The notes below the pieces were generated by a model. It saw nothing but the letters and a program-made list of their open reading frames with translations. It was not told the origin of the DNA and searched no databases. The position numbers and the translations under genes were made by a program. A DNA stretch of 64,000 bases from Spironucleus salmonicida. Lineage: Eukaryota. Location: the NCBI RefSeq assembly GCF_000497125.1, contig NC_090601.1, positions 1,178,001-1,242,000 of the forward strand. The letters run 5' to 3'. This document shows, piece after piece, positions 26,634 to 37,849 of the stretch (position 1 is its first letter; each line of letters begins with the position of its first letter).

Positions 26634-29102
26634 ATGTACCCAATTCGAACACTCAGTTCAATTTAGTCTGACATTGGATAAGATATTGATACTACATTAA
26701 CTGCAAATTTATTACGTATGAAATAAGTGCAGCTAATTACGGGGTCAACATCTGGTAATATATAGATTTTTAAGGTATCGCAAACACCTTCACCGCAGGA
26801 TTTGCTTATTAACCACTAAACTTCGTCTGCTATTGTTGGATTACAAGTTGGATTTTTTTCATCTATGCATAATTCCTTGGATGATTCTGAACGATTAGAG
26901 CTAGCTGTTATTCATCCAAATTCTATAGAAATTCTTTAACCAAAAAAGTCATAGACTAATTCAATTGAGTTATAATAATTAGTATCTATTTAAATAAATA
27001 AAATAGGTTCATTTACAGTTGCACATAGACCTTAAACTTAACTAGACGAAAATAAGAACAAGAGAACATTTATTAGTTCCTATCTTATTATTAAAACTTT
27101 TGACTCACAATTACTATTAATTTAACGTAAAATTCTAGCTAAGCTTAAACTTTCTTTTAGGTATTCTCTCCCTTCACCAATATCATATTCACCGCTTTCT
27201 GATACTTTAATTATATCAACTTTCGAATATTCAGTACTTGCTATAGATTTTTAAGATTTACTAACATAGCAGGATAATTCTTTAGCATCACAAGATGAAG
27301 AAAAATTAAAGGTCAAATTTGAAGTAGTATTAAATGATAGAATATAATAATTACATTGTGGAAGATTTTTCCGTTCAGATTCGTAAAAGACAGGAGAGAT
27401 TTGTGTAGTAACACCACGTAACATAGTATTCTTCGATTTAACTGGAAAATTAGTTAAAGAAGTTAAAATAGATAACCTTGTAGTTAAACTGAGTTTTATT
27501 TATAGCCAGAGTACAAAATATTCAGAAATAATATCTACCTTGATTTTAACTTAAAATTCTATCTAAATCTTAAGTTCTGGAATAATTAAATGGAAAGGCA
27601 TTTTTAGTGAAAAATTAGTTGTACAAACAGTAAAAGACGACTAGTCTCTTAAAATAGTTAAATAAGAAGAGGAGAAACCTTAAGAGAACGAAGATGAATT
27701 TATTATTACCCCAAAACATTAAATATAACAAAAATAAACATTTAAAGCTCCTTTAAAAGCATAAACTGCAACGAACTTTTAACTTAATTAGGTATTGTTT
27801 CCTATCTGTATTTCAACGTCATTTTCAATATCTCAATAGTTTCATGCATCAAATATGAAAAGCTCACCTTTAATTTTAGATTAACCTGGATATTTTATTT
27901 TAACATATTCAGAAGGATTGTAATAAGTTTCCTTTTTCGGTACAACCTAATAAAATTTTTCAAAATTTTAACCTATTGCTATTCCAACTTCATAAATTTC
28001 TAAATAGATTAAAGAACAGTTATAATAAGAACTTTAGCAGACAAATCAAGAAAATAAGGAGAACGTAGATTAGCATCTTAATATAAAAATTGCTAATATA
28101 ACACCAACATAAAATGGAATTGAAACTTAATTTCAGATTGAATTTGAAAGTTCTTTAAATGTTACAAATCTTACAATTTAATTATCTGCTTTTAATTAAA
28201 ATTTTACAACCAGTTTTGATAATAAGGGCTCAATATTTTAAATTGATGAAGTACGTTCTTTTAAAAAGATAAATACAATATGTACTATTACATTCCCGTT
28301 AAATTTCTTTGTCTCTTATCAAGAAATTGGATTTTTAGCCTGCTCAGAGTATAATTTTTAGAGTTTAAGAACTTCAGTTTTTGTTCCATTATCATTATTA
28401 TCATATAATGTCTTTGGACCTATTCCAACACAATAGTTTGCATATAAAATAGATTTATAATTTGAAATTCCATTCTAATCACTAAAGCACTTTTTAGCTC
28501 AAAAATCATTCCCTGAGGAAATATTAAACGAATTGGAAACTAAAAGCTTAGGTATAAAGAATTTAGATGGATCAATTGCTTAAATATCACAATTAAACAA
28601 TTCTACTCTCCAAGTATCTTCAAACAATATAGAGTAAATATTTCCAGGACTTGATTTTCTTCTTAGTTATGAATTAAATTATTTGTTTAACTTCGATAAA
28701 TCTATAATAATTACAGCTATAAGTAATTTGAAAAACTAATCTAAAACATAAAATGTAGTTAAAATTGAAGATGTTTTAGCTTAAATATTATAAAAATTTG
28801 GAGCAGAAAATGAAAAAGTTTCTACAAATTTGAATGGAGTATATAGCGAAAGGGAAAACTTTGGTGAAAATATTGAAGTTATAACCGATTATATAGAAGG
28901 TCTATGTAGTAGAATTACTAGTGGAGATAATTCTGGAAAAATAGAAATAGAAAGACTGCGTGGCGTGGCATGTTTATTATGTTGTCTAAAGTATAAATAG
29001 GTTGATGTAATTAGCTAGGAGCGAAAAATTAAAACTGGATTTGGGGATAAAGAAGGCTTTGAAGGTATTTTTGGAACTAAACTTGAAAATTTTTTAGACT
29101 GA
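26634..29102 (+). CDS. BBS9: BBSome subunit BBS9 (PTHB1), 822 aa
   Basis: LITGSTSGNIQIF..QDLLINHQ..AIVGLQVGFF..LELAVIHP and LPSPISYSPLSDTLIIST match the PTHB1 N-terminal propeller pattern; length fits. Confidence 0.82.
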
Positions 29103-29207
29103 TTGGAAATTTTCATAATTTACATATTAATATAACAGTAAGTAAAAGTCTAATATATGAAATTATATATATGAGCCATTTTTATATGATTACTGAAAAA
29201 TTTAATT

Positions 29208-29621
29208 TCACTTAATAAAAATTCTTGCTAATGGAGATTAGTTGGGCTAACTTTAAGAATTTTCATTTCTTATAACAAAGTCATTTTAGTTTAAAAAATC
29301 ATTTATTTTAAGTACGGTAGGTTCAAATGTAGGAGTATTTGTAGAATTCTTTTGAGATATTGCCTCTTCACAATAGGAGAACGAGCAATCTATATCACTT
29401 AGTATAGGTTTAAATTTTGTAGTATATGTATTTTCATTTATCGAAAAATTACTAGTGTTCTAAAATAAATTTGACTTAACTTTTTATTCCATTATCACTA
29501 AATGAAATGAATAAGTAGAGAGAAATTTAGTGTATATATCATCATTTTTTAATAATATCTATAAATTATGCTTAATGGCTGCTATTGGCAGTAAATCTGC
29601 TGCTTTAATGTAATGATTCAT
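29208..29621 (-). CDS. Hypothetical protein, 137 aa
   Basis: MNHYIKAADLLPIAAIKH... ending AAG TGA. Confidence 0.55.
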
Positions 29622-30166
29622 TTTATAATAATATTTGTAAAACTCTAATCTATTTTTATATGTATTTATAAAGAACTAATTATTTCTATTTTTAACATTT
29701 TAATTCCTTTATAATTATTTCTATAAATAATAAAGTTATATGATTTGTCATTTTATACACAAGTTCTCTAATATTTTCATAAATATGTACTACATGAAAT
29801 TTTTATGAGAATGGTTTGGTTAGTAAATAAAAATAGGAGTGAATAGTAGGATTAAATTTTTCTGTTTTTGGATAACAAGTTAAAATTAAATATCTATTTT
29901 AATCGATAGAACAAACTTTCTAAAGTAAAACTTATTTTTGAGAGTGGGTAAGTAAATATAAATACTATACTTTGCCTATACAGTCCCCAAAATTTTACAA
30001 AGCTACTTATTAGTACAATTCCGGAGATGTTCATACTCTGAGCGCAGGTCCGGGAGTTTTGCAGGTGTTGGGCGGCGGTGTTACTATTTTGCGCCCAATA
30101 TATACTTTCGCGAATACCGCCGTATATACCTCTGTATGCGGTATTCCACTTCCCTAATTATTCAAA

Positions 30167-30553
30167 ATGCAGTCGGCCCAGTTCGTCGCATACTAGGCCC
30201 GGCCCCAAAACCAAGTGCAGTGCAACTGCAACGTCTTCTACCTCTGCGACACCAGCGGTGCATGCGTGCTCAGGCGCGACCTGGCACTGGGCCTGGCCGC
30301 CGGCGGTGCTGTGCTGGTCCTGGGCGTGGGCGCGTGCTGCGTCGTCTTCTGCCTGAACCGCAGGCACCGCGCGCCGAAGCAGCCCGAGCACGTCCCCCAG
30401 GAGCGGGTGCTCCAGGCGCAGTCCGGTATCGTCCGCCTGGGCCGGTCCCTCCCCGCAGCGCCCCGAGCCGGCCACGCTCCCAGCCTCACGGGGTCCGCGA
30501 GCGTGGAGGTGTTCGGACAGAGCCTGCCGCGGGGCAAGGTATTCATAATCTGA
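30167..30553 (+). CDS. Small Cys-motif single-pass membrane protein, 128 aa (copy 1)
   Basis: MQSAQFVAYQARPQNQVQCNCNVFYLCDTSGAC..TM..KVFII*; C-rich box upstream; resembles 43263-43559. Confidence 0.8.
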
Positions 30554-30573
30554 GGCGGCACCACTCCACCGCA

Positions 30574-30867
30574 ATGCGCGACCAGTTCTCCACGGCCAAG
30601 TCCTACGCCTGCAACACCGCCATCTCCCGCCACTACCGCAGGCGCCCCCTGCCGCCGCCCGAGGTGCAGGCCTTCAGCGGCCACCGCCCCGCGCCCTCCT
30701 TCGACCGCCAGACGGACCGCTCCTTCCACGTGTGCTTCGTCCCGCACCGCGGCATGGGGCGCCAGCTGCAGTGCGCCTGGGGCCAGACGGAGCCCTTCCG
30801 GCCCTTCACGCAGGACGCGCGTCACCGCGGCGGCTTCCTGGGCGAGGGCTTCGAGTTTGTCGAGTGA
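30574..30867 (+). CDS. Hypothetical protein, 97 aa (copy 1)
   Basis: MRDQFSTAKSYACN...GEGFEFVE*; very high GC3, CCACTCC upstream, GAG TGA. Confidence 0.75.
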   Translation: MRDQFSTAKSYACNTAISRHYRRRPLPPPEVQAFSGHRPAPSFDRQTDRSFHVCFVPHRGMGRQLQCAWGQTEPFRPFTQDARHRGGFLGEGFEFVE

Positions 30868-30925
30868 GGTTGACTGTGTCGCGTAAATACCCCGCGTGGT
30901 ACTCCGAGTGAGCCAAGAACGTCCC

Positions 30926-31885
30926 TCACTCGCACGCGCGGTCCAGCTCGGGGCCGCCCCACTCCTGCCGCACGCGCAGCACGCGCCCCGCGTTCCTGGC
31001 GTAGAAGCCCTCCACCTCGAGGCCCCGGGCGCGCAGCTCGGCGCAGTTGGCCTCCAGGCGGGCGCGGTCGCGCACCAGGTCCAGCAGCACCTGCACGAGG
31101 GCGGGCGGGGCGCTGGCGCTGAAGCAGTACCCGAGGCCGCCGTAGCGCTGGTTCTCCACCAGCAGGCGGCTGCCGCACACGAAGCCGCACGAGACCCCGT
31201 ACGCCGCGTGGAAGCAGCCCGCCACGAGGTCGAAGTTCCCCAGCTCCGGCTGCAGCGGCGCCATCAGGTTGTTCAGCAGCACGCGCACCCCCAGCGCCGC
31301 CCCCACGCGCTTCGCGAGCAGCAGGTCCGCGGGCACCGGGAAGCCCGCCTCGAAGCGGTGCGAGTCCACCGCCAGGAAGGGGCGCGCGCCGGCCAGCTTG
31401 CAGCGCAGGGCCGCCATCTCCGCGGCGAAGGCCTCCGGCGCGAGCGCCCCGAGCCCGGACAGGTCCAGGCCCACCGCGCGCTGGGTCTCGGCGCAGCGGG
31501 CGAGGTTGGGGGAGCTGCCGGGCTGCAGCAGCACGGTGTCGCAGCCGCACGCCCCGAGCGCGCTCTGCACGGCGGTGCTGGAGCAGCTGTAGAGCACGCA
31601 GGGCAGCCCGTGGAGCCGCTCCAGCGCCATCTCGAGCTGCACGTGCGCGGCGAAGGTGCCCAGGAAGCCGCGCGGCCCGCAGGACCCGAGCGAGTAGTGG
31701 CGCAGGTAGCACGCGAGGCGGTCCAGGGTCTGCTGGCGGAGGCCCGCGGGTTCCAGGAACGCGTCCGGGGCGGCGCTCTCGGGGGGCTGCACGGGGTCCG
31801 CGGAGTCGGGCTGGCGCAGCTGGCGGCGCACGGACTGCGATACCGCGAGGAGCGCGAGCGAGGCGATGGCGAGGGGCCTGAGCAT
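30926..31885 (-). CDS. LCB1: Serine palmitoyltransferase subunit 1 (LCB1/SPTLC1)-like, 319 aa (copy 1)
   Basis: YSLGSCGPRGFLGT..HVQLE and QRYGGLGYCFSASAPP are LCB1 signatures; hydrophobic N-terminus. Confidence 0.85.
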   Translation of the reverse strand: MLRPLAIASLALLAVSQSVRRQLRQPDSADPVQPPESAAPDAFLEPAGLRQQTLDRLACYLRHYSLGSCGPRGFLGTFAAHVQLEMALERLHGLPCVLYSCSSTAVQSALGACGCDTVLLQPGSSPNLARCAETQRAVGLDLSGLGALAPEAFAAEMAALRCKLAGARPFLAVDSHRFEAGFPVPADLLLAKRVGAALGVRVLLNNLMAPLQPELGNFDLVAGCFHAAYGVSCGFVCGSRLLVENQRYGGLGYCFSASAPPALVQVLLDLVRDRARLEANCAELRARGLEVEGFYARNAGRVLRVRQEWGGPELDRACE

Positions 31886-31915
31886 TTGTGGCCGCGTAGG
31901 GTGTAGGGCAACCGC

Positions 31916-32137
31916 TCACTCGCTCCCGGACAGCGCCGCCTCGCGCCCGCGCAGCACCTGCTGGTAGCGCGTGGCCAGCGCCACCTCCGCCCGCGCCGCC
32001 GTCGCGTTGAAGGCCGCCACGAGCTGGTCCTGGCGGCGCGCGAGGTCCGGGGGCAGCAGCACCGGCACGGGGGCGCCCAGGGCGAGGTGTGCCAGCTGCT
32101 GCCTAGCCTCCAGAAGCGACTGCTGCAGGACGTTCAT
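31916..32137 (-). CDS. Hypothetical protein, 73 aa (copy 1)
   Basis: MNVLQQSLLEARQQL...; CCGCTCC upstream, high GC3, GAG TGA. Confidence 0.7.
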   Translation of the reverse strand: MNVLQQSLLEARQQLAHLALGAPVPVLLPPDLARRQDQLVAAFNATAARAEVALATRYQQVLRGREAALSGSE

Positions 32138-32152
32138 TGTGGAGCGGAAACC

Positions 32153-35100
32153 TCACTCGACCAGCAGGTCATACAGGAACTCGACGAACGGCTGGCGGGA
32201 CCCGCGGAGGCGCACGTTCGCGCCGTCGAGCTCCACCTCGACGCGCTGCAGGTTCACCTCGAAGACGAAGCCGCCCAGCTTGATGATTTTCAGACCCGGC
32301 ACCGCGCAGTCGCGCTTCCCGAGCTCTTTCAGCAGCGAGCTCGCCTCCCGCCGGACCGCCTGGTCCACGTGCTGGAACTCGTCGAAATTCACGAATGCAA
32401 GGCGCCTGACGTCCCCGGACAGGCTCAGCGGCTCCTCCTGCTGCGTGAACAGGCGCTTCAGCTGGGCCGCGATTTCGGAGTGCAGCTCCGCCATACCGTC
32501 GCGGAGCTGCTATTGTTCGGCGGATACGGTTTCGTAGTTCGCCTGCAGCCCCTCCCGCTCCTTTTCGAGGCTCACAATCGCCTGCGAAATCGCAGTTTCC
32601 AGCCGGTTAGAGCTCTTCGAAATCTCACTCCGGAAGCCGCCCGTGATCGTAATGGCCGTGTCCGCGGTTTGCTGAATCGCGTCCACCTGGCTTCCGATTT
32701 CGGAGATCTAGCCCTTAAATTTGGCGTAGATCTGCTCGTTCGCTTCGCGCTGCTGCTCCGTTCTCCTGATAAAGTCATAGATTTGGTCCGCCAGCTGGAG
32801 CTTCATAACGCCGAAATCGTCCATAATTTGGCTAAATCCAGAGCCATAGCCACTCATAATGGCAGTGAAATGCTGCAAATTGGCGCCGTTGATAGCCTTC
32901 ACCTCCTTGCGGACGTCCTCATTGAATTTTAGGACTTCAGTGCTCACGGTTTCAAAATTGTTGTCTATTTCACTGCGGAAACGGGCCAATTCCCCCTATT
33001 GGAGCTCATTCAGAGTACTGCTCTGGCGCATAAAAGTGTCCATTTATTATTCGATTTTAATGTTGTTTTCAGTGTTAAATTCTTCGAACTTTTGCAGAAG
33101 GAATTCTGCTGAATCACGTTGATTTTGTACTGATTTATGGTATTGAGTAATAAGTTGCGTATTTGCATCAGTTTTCAATGTTAACTGGCTCATATGAGAT
33201 TGGAATTTATTTGACATCAATTGCTTTTGTTCTAATAGCTGTTAGTTGAATAAATTTTGAACTGACTCAAACTAGGTGTTTAAATCAGCTCTAAATCTGC
33301 TAATAAGCTCTGAGTAAGTTTCAAATACACTCAATGCATCTTATTTTAACTGGAATTAAAGTTTTTCGTTAGTTTAGGCTTTCGCTTCACAAGATCCTTT
33401 CATAACTGAAAGTTGATGTTCTAAGCTTGAAGTTTGACTGAATACTACAGATACTCGCTATTCAAATTTCTAATCTAACTCTATTGCTTATAACGTATTA
33501 TTATTATGAACTTATGTGAATTAGTGTCCAAACTCTTAGAATTTATCTTGGACGTGACCAGTTAATACATCTAATTTGCCATTAAATTCTACAACATTGT
33601 CAAACGCATATTTCATTGTCTAACTTAATTACTCTGCATTTTATTGTTAAATTGATTTAACTGCATCAGACAATAAGCTTGCCACTAAATGCCTTTTTAG
33701 ATGTTCGGTATCAGCTCTTATTGTAGCTAGTGGATTTTATATCACAGACACTGTGAAGTCTGTTTAAACATAGGTTTTAAAATCGCCAAACTAAGTTCCA
33801 AGTAGATCAATCTTAGTTTATGATGATCTTAATGATTATTAAAATTTTTATATTTGCTATTATATAGAATAGTTGGAATGACTTTCTTCATATTGTTAAA
33901 CTAATGATGCAAACTAAATTTGTTGATCTAAAGAATTTTATTTTTGAAGTTAGAACTATTGTTCTGCATCTTTAAACATTCGTGTTATTCGTTCAAAGGA
34001 TTTATCTGATGTTCTTAATACTAAACTAATTTCGTTTTAGAATGTATCTATGAAAGATTATTATTATTACAACTTTTCTGCTAACGGTGAAATTGTCGAT
34101 ATCTGTATATTGTTATGCTCTATCTTTGAGTCAATAAGCTTTGTAAATGTTTTTTCGATGATATCTGGAACAGATCTTTTGAAAGCTTTCACAGATGAAA
34201 TTTAATCCTAAATAATAGTATCAAGCTTATTAATATGGTTATCAATAGTATTGAATTATTTATTATTTTCAATTATAATTTATGATATGCTATCGGGTAT
34301 CTATTCGAATTCTTCTTATTTAACATAACATACTTTAGAGGATAATTAGTTTAATTAAGCATAAATAGAATCTAGAAGGGTATCTTTAACTAGCCGTTCG
34401 CTTACTGACTCCTTTGCCACAATCATCAATTAAGAAAACTCATGCTTCTGATTATGATGTGACTCTACTATATTATGATAGAAAGTTTCATTCTCAGTAC
34501 GTGTCATATTTGCAGATGATTCAATTTTATCTAAAATCTAACTCTACATATCCGGTAATATTTACTTAACCATTTACATATTCTTTTTTATTAATTACTA
34601 AAGTATTTTCATTATTGCATCAGTCGACTCATCTACTGATGTCTCTATTTCTTATGCATAAGTAGCATATTGTAATTTTGATTATTGTTATGCCTTATCA
34701 AAAAGTTTAAATAACTCTTTCCTTTATCTACTGCATTCCTCTACTACATCAATATATGGTTACAAATGTTAATTTTCTGGTACTAAAAACTTTTGAAATT
34801 AATTATAAAGCATAGAAACCTACTACTAAAGGTTACCTAAATCTTTCTCAACTACATCATCTACTCCAATTTAAGGTCTTGTACTGCTAATTAATTAACG
34901 ATTTATTTCCGAATAATTTTTAGACATATGTAAATTTACACTTTCAACTTAGCATTAACAGGCTTGCAACGCTGCTTTATATTTTGCAAATTCTGATTAA
35001 ATTAAGCCTTATGAATTTTAAAGAATTAGCTTTGTCGAGTTGTTATCTGATATTATACTTTCGTAACTATCTCGTAATTGTATAAATTATTGCCCTATTG

Positions 35101-37027
35101 TAGAGACTTCATGCAGTGTACTTTCTTAATAAATCTTCTGCTTCAAACTCAATTGTTCTATTTAATCCTAAAAAACGCTAATTTGATTATCGTAGATGTC
35201 AGAAAGCGATTTAATGACCTCGCTGCTGCACTAAACCTTAAAATCATCAAAAAGCAGCTAATCGTCCATCTTCACTTTATTCACGCTAGTTTTCGCCCGC
35301 TCTTCCTCCAACAAGTCAATCATGTCAATTTTCAAGCTCTTAGCTTGACTATGCAGCTAATTGAGAATGTTGATTTTTGTAGTGTTTATATCACTTACTT
35401 ATTTAGACAATTAATCGTCCACTGTCGCCCTCTAATCCTTCAAATCAAGCGAAACCTACTGCATCTGCTGACTCAAATTGCGTAATTATTCTTCTACTTT
35501 GATCTGGTACTCATTGAGAATCTGCTTGCCTTTAAACTCGCTATTCTGCGAATCCAGGTCGTACTTTTAGCTCATTTTTGCGGTCTGGACTTGGATTTGC
35601 TCTACGATTTTGCTGTTCTCGGAGACCAAATTCTGGAGCTCCTGCTGCCTGATTTGCTAGAACTGGAACTGCTGCTGAATCTACGATTTCACCTCTGCCT
35701 CGTTGTGCTCCTAGTTTTGCACTAGCTGCGCTACAAACTGCGATTTGACGCTATTCAGCCCGTTCAGTTGCCCTACTTAGATCTCCTTCAGTTTCTGTTC
35801 GTTTTGGAGCACAAAAGCGTTGAAATTGTCGATTTTGGTCGAAAACTGGCCCGTAATTTCCGCGCTCTTCTCCTCTGCTTTTGCGATGAATTTTTCGAAT
35901 TCCTGACCGATCAGGCTCGATTTGAAGAATGTGACGTCGTTAAAAGCAGAATTTACGTTTAATTGGACCATCTCATCAATATCGCTGATCTGGGCCTTAA
36001 ATTGGCTGATCTGTGGCTCGTTCACGTTCTGCCAGCTGAGTACCTCCTGCAACTTGCCCAAAATCTCCAAATTCTGGGCTTCGAGGCTCGCAATTCGCGC
36101 ACTTTAGCTGTCGCCGACGACAGAAACGCGGCCGTGCAGCTCCTCTAGCTTCGCACTGAGGCCCAAAACGGGCTCGCGTACGCTGTCGAAGCGCAGATTC
36201 AGGTTCTGGAAATCGCGCCGCATCTCGATTTGGGCCTGGCTGAAGCCGTTCAAACTAGCGTTTTGGTTAGTGATTTGGTCGTTGATTTTCGCTTAATTCT
36301 CCTTGATCAGGACCTGTGCGTTTTCGACAATTTTGTCTAGCTTCGCGAACTGCTGGTGCACGGTGAGTTCGTTGACCTGGATCTTCTGGTTCTGGGAGAG
36401 CAGAATGTCGCCCGTTTTGCTTGCGTTGCTGTCGATTTTTTGCTGTATTTGAGCCTAGAAAAGGGTATTTTCTAGCTAGTGATTTTAAACGATTTTGTAT
36501 TGTGTTTAGAGCTCAGTAAACTAGGTTTATACTTATGAAGATTCGTTTTAAATTATATTTTTTACTTCTTTTAGAGTTTGTTTCAAAGTATCTTTTGAGT
36601 CGATTAATTGGAGAAGCTTATCGTTAAAAATGCTAATTTACTATTCAATGTAATTTTGGATTATATCTTGTTGGTTCTAGTTGTTTAGTTCGAACTGAAT
36701 GTCTATTCTGTCTTGAGTTTCGTCTTTAAACTAGGTAAATGCTTAAAAGGACTATGATAGCTACTATTTTCCAGTTTAGATTTCAGTTTAAAGCAAATTA
36801 TTTTATTTTAGCTATTCTTATCTTAAATGTGTAATGTTTTGGGTGAATTCATCAGATTTGTTCGTGAGTAATTCAATTTTTTTATTTAGTTTCTACTCTG
36901 ACAGCTAAATTTATGACAAGGTCATATTATGGTCAGAAATTGGTACCTATACCATGTCCTTAAATTCTTATAAAGCTGAGTAAAACTCTTGCTAAAGTGA
37001 CAAAACCATTGTTTCTAAGGTAGTCAT
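32153..37027 (-). CDS. Large Gln-rich coiled-coil protein, 1624 aa
   Basis: Table-6 frame joining ORF fragments 32153-32494, 32708-32989 and 35777-36070; ATG 37027 follows CCGCTCC; ends GAG TGA. Confidence 0.85.
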
Positions 37028-37136
37028 TATTGGAGCGGTAATTAGAATTTATTATTTAGGGTAACCATAATATAATAAAATATTTTTCACATTGTTAAAG
37101 TCGGTAATAATTATATATAACTCTGATCTAAATAAT

Positions 37137-37577
37137 TCACTGAAAATTTTCATGTCGCTATAAAAATATGTCATAAATTTGCATAAATTGCTCTGCAACA
37201 ATGTAATTGATATTAAAGTAACCTAAGTGTTGTTCAATATTCCTTAACAAACCAGCAATGTCTGTATTATTGCTAACAAAATTTTATAAAGTAGCACTGT
37301 TAAGAAAATAAACAGAATGACTTTTTTTAAGACTTTTTTATGCGCGTTTTACAGATTTTGGGGTGAACTAAATTATTGGTATAACTATTAGTGACGCATT
37401 ATCTGGAATCGATGTACCAATACGTTTTCGTGAGTACGGAATATCTTTTCCATTTGCAAGAACTCTAATTTACTAAGATTCGAGTTTTATTTATAGCGAA
37501 AGTTATTTAAATAGTGCAGCTATTGTTGTTTTCTTCTCAAATTAAAGAGTTTAATCTTTATAATGTAAGTTAATCAT
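37137..37577 (-). CDS. Protein with N-terminal ubiquitin-like domain, 146 aa
   Basis: MINLHYKDQTLQF..TTIAALFKQL..QQIRVLANGKDI..IPDNASLIVI fits a beta-grasp pattern; ends CAG TGA. Confidence 0.6.
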
Positions 37578-37849
37578 TTATGAAGTGAGCTGTATTATAT
37601 AATTATTATATATAATAATAAAATTTAGTTTGTTTGTTTATCTTATTATTCAAATAATATAATTATTAAACCTGAATATATTCAAACTCTACTTGATCAT
37701 AATTTCAAACAATCAATAAATATATGATAATAACCTTGAATCTTATCTTTCCAGCTGTATTAAACAAAGTTTACTCTTTTATGCAAATTTTATATTTTAT
37801 TAGATAAATATTATTATATAGAATTAATAATAAGCACGTACATAAATCA

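Larger units (their letters stand above)
30012..32181 (+). repeat. Left arm of 2170-bp inverted duplication (partner 41123-43292)
   Basis: Position x pairs with 73304-x; about seven substitutions seen. Confidence 0.97.

Noticed and set aside
30167-32181. Bacterial contamination or recent lateral transfer of the GC-rich cassette
   Set aside because: Contains in-frame TAG=Gln, host-type upstream and stop motifs and a eukaryote-type LCB1, and GC grades smoothly into a host gene
30078-32932. Many overlapping long ORFs (365, 336, 243, 212, 195, 281 aa and their mirror copies)
   Set aside because: Shadow frames expected at very high GC; Arg/Pro/Gly-rich with no motifs, whereas the chosen frames have GC3 bias, C-rich boxes and typical stops
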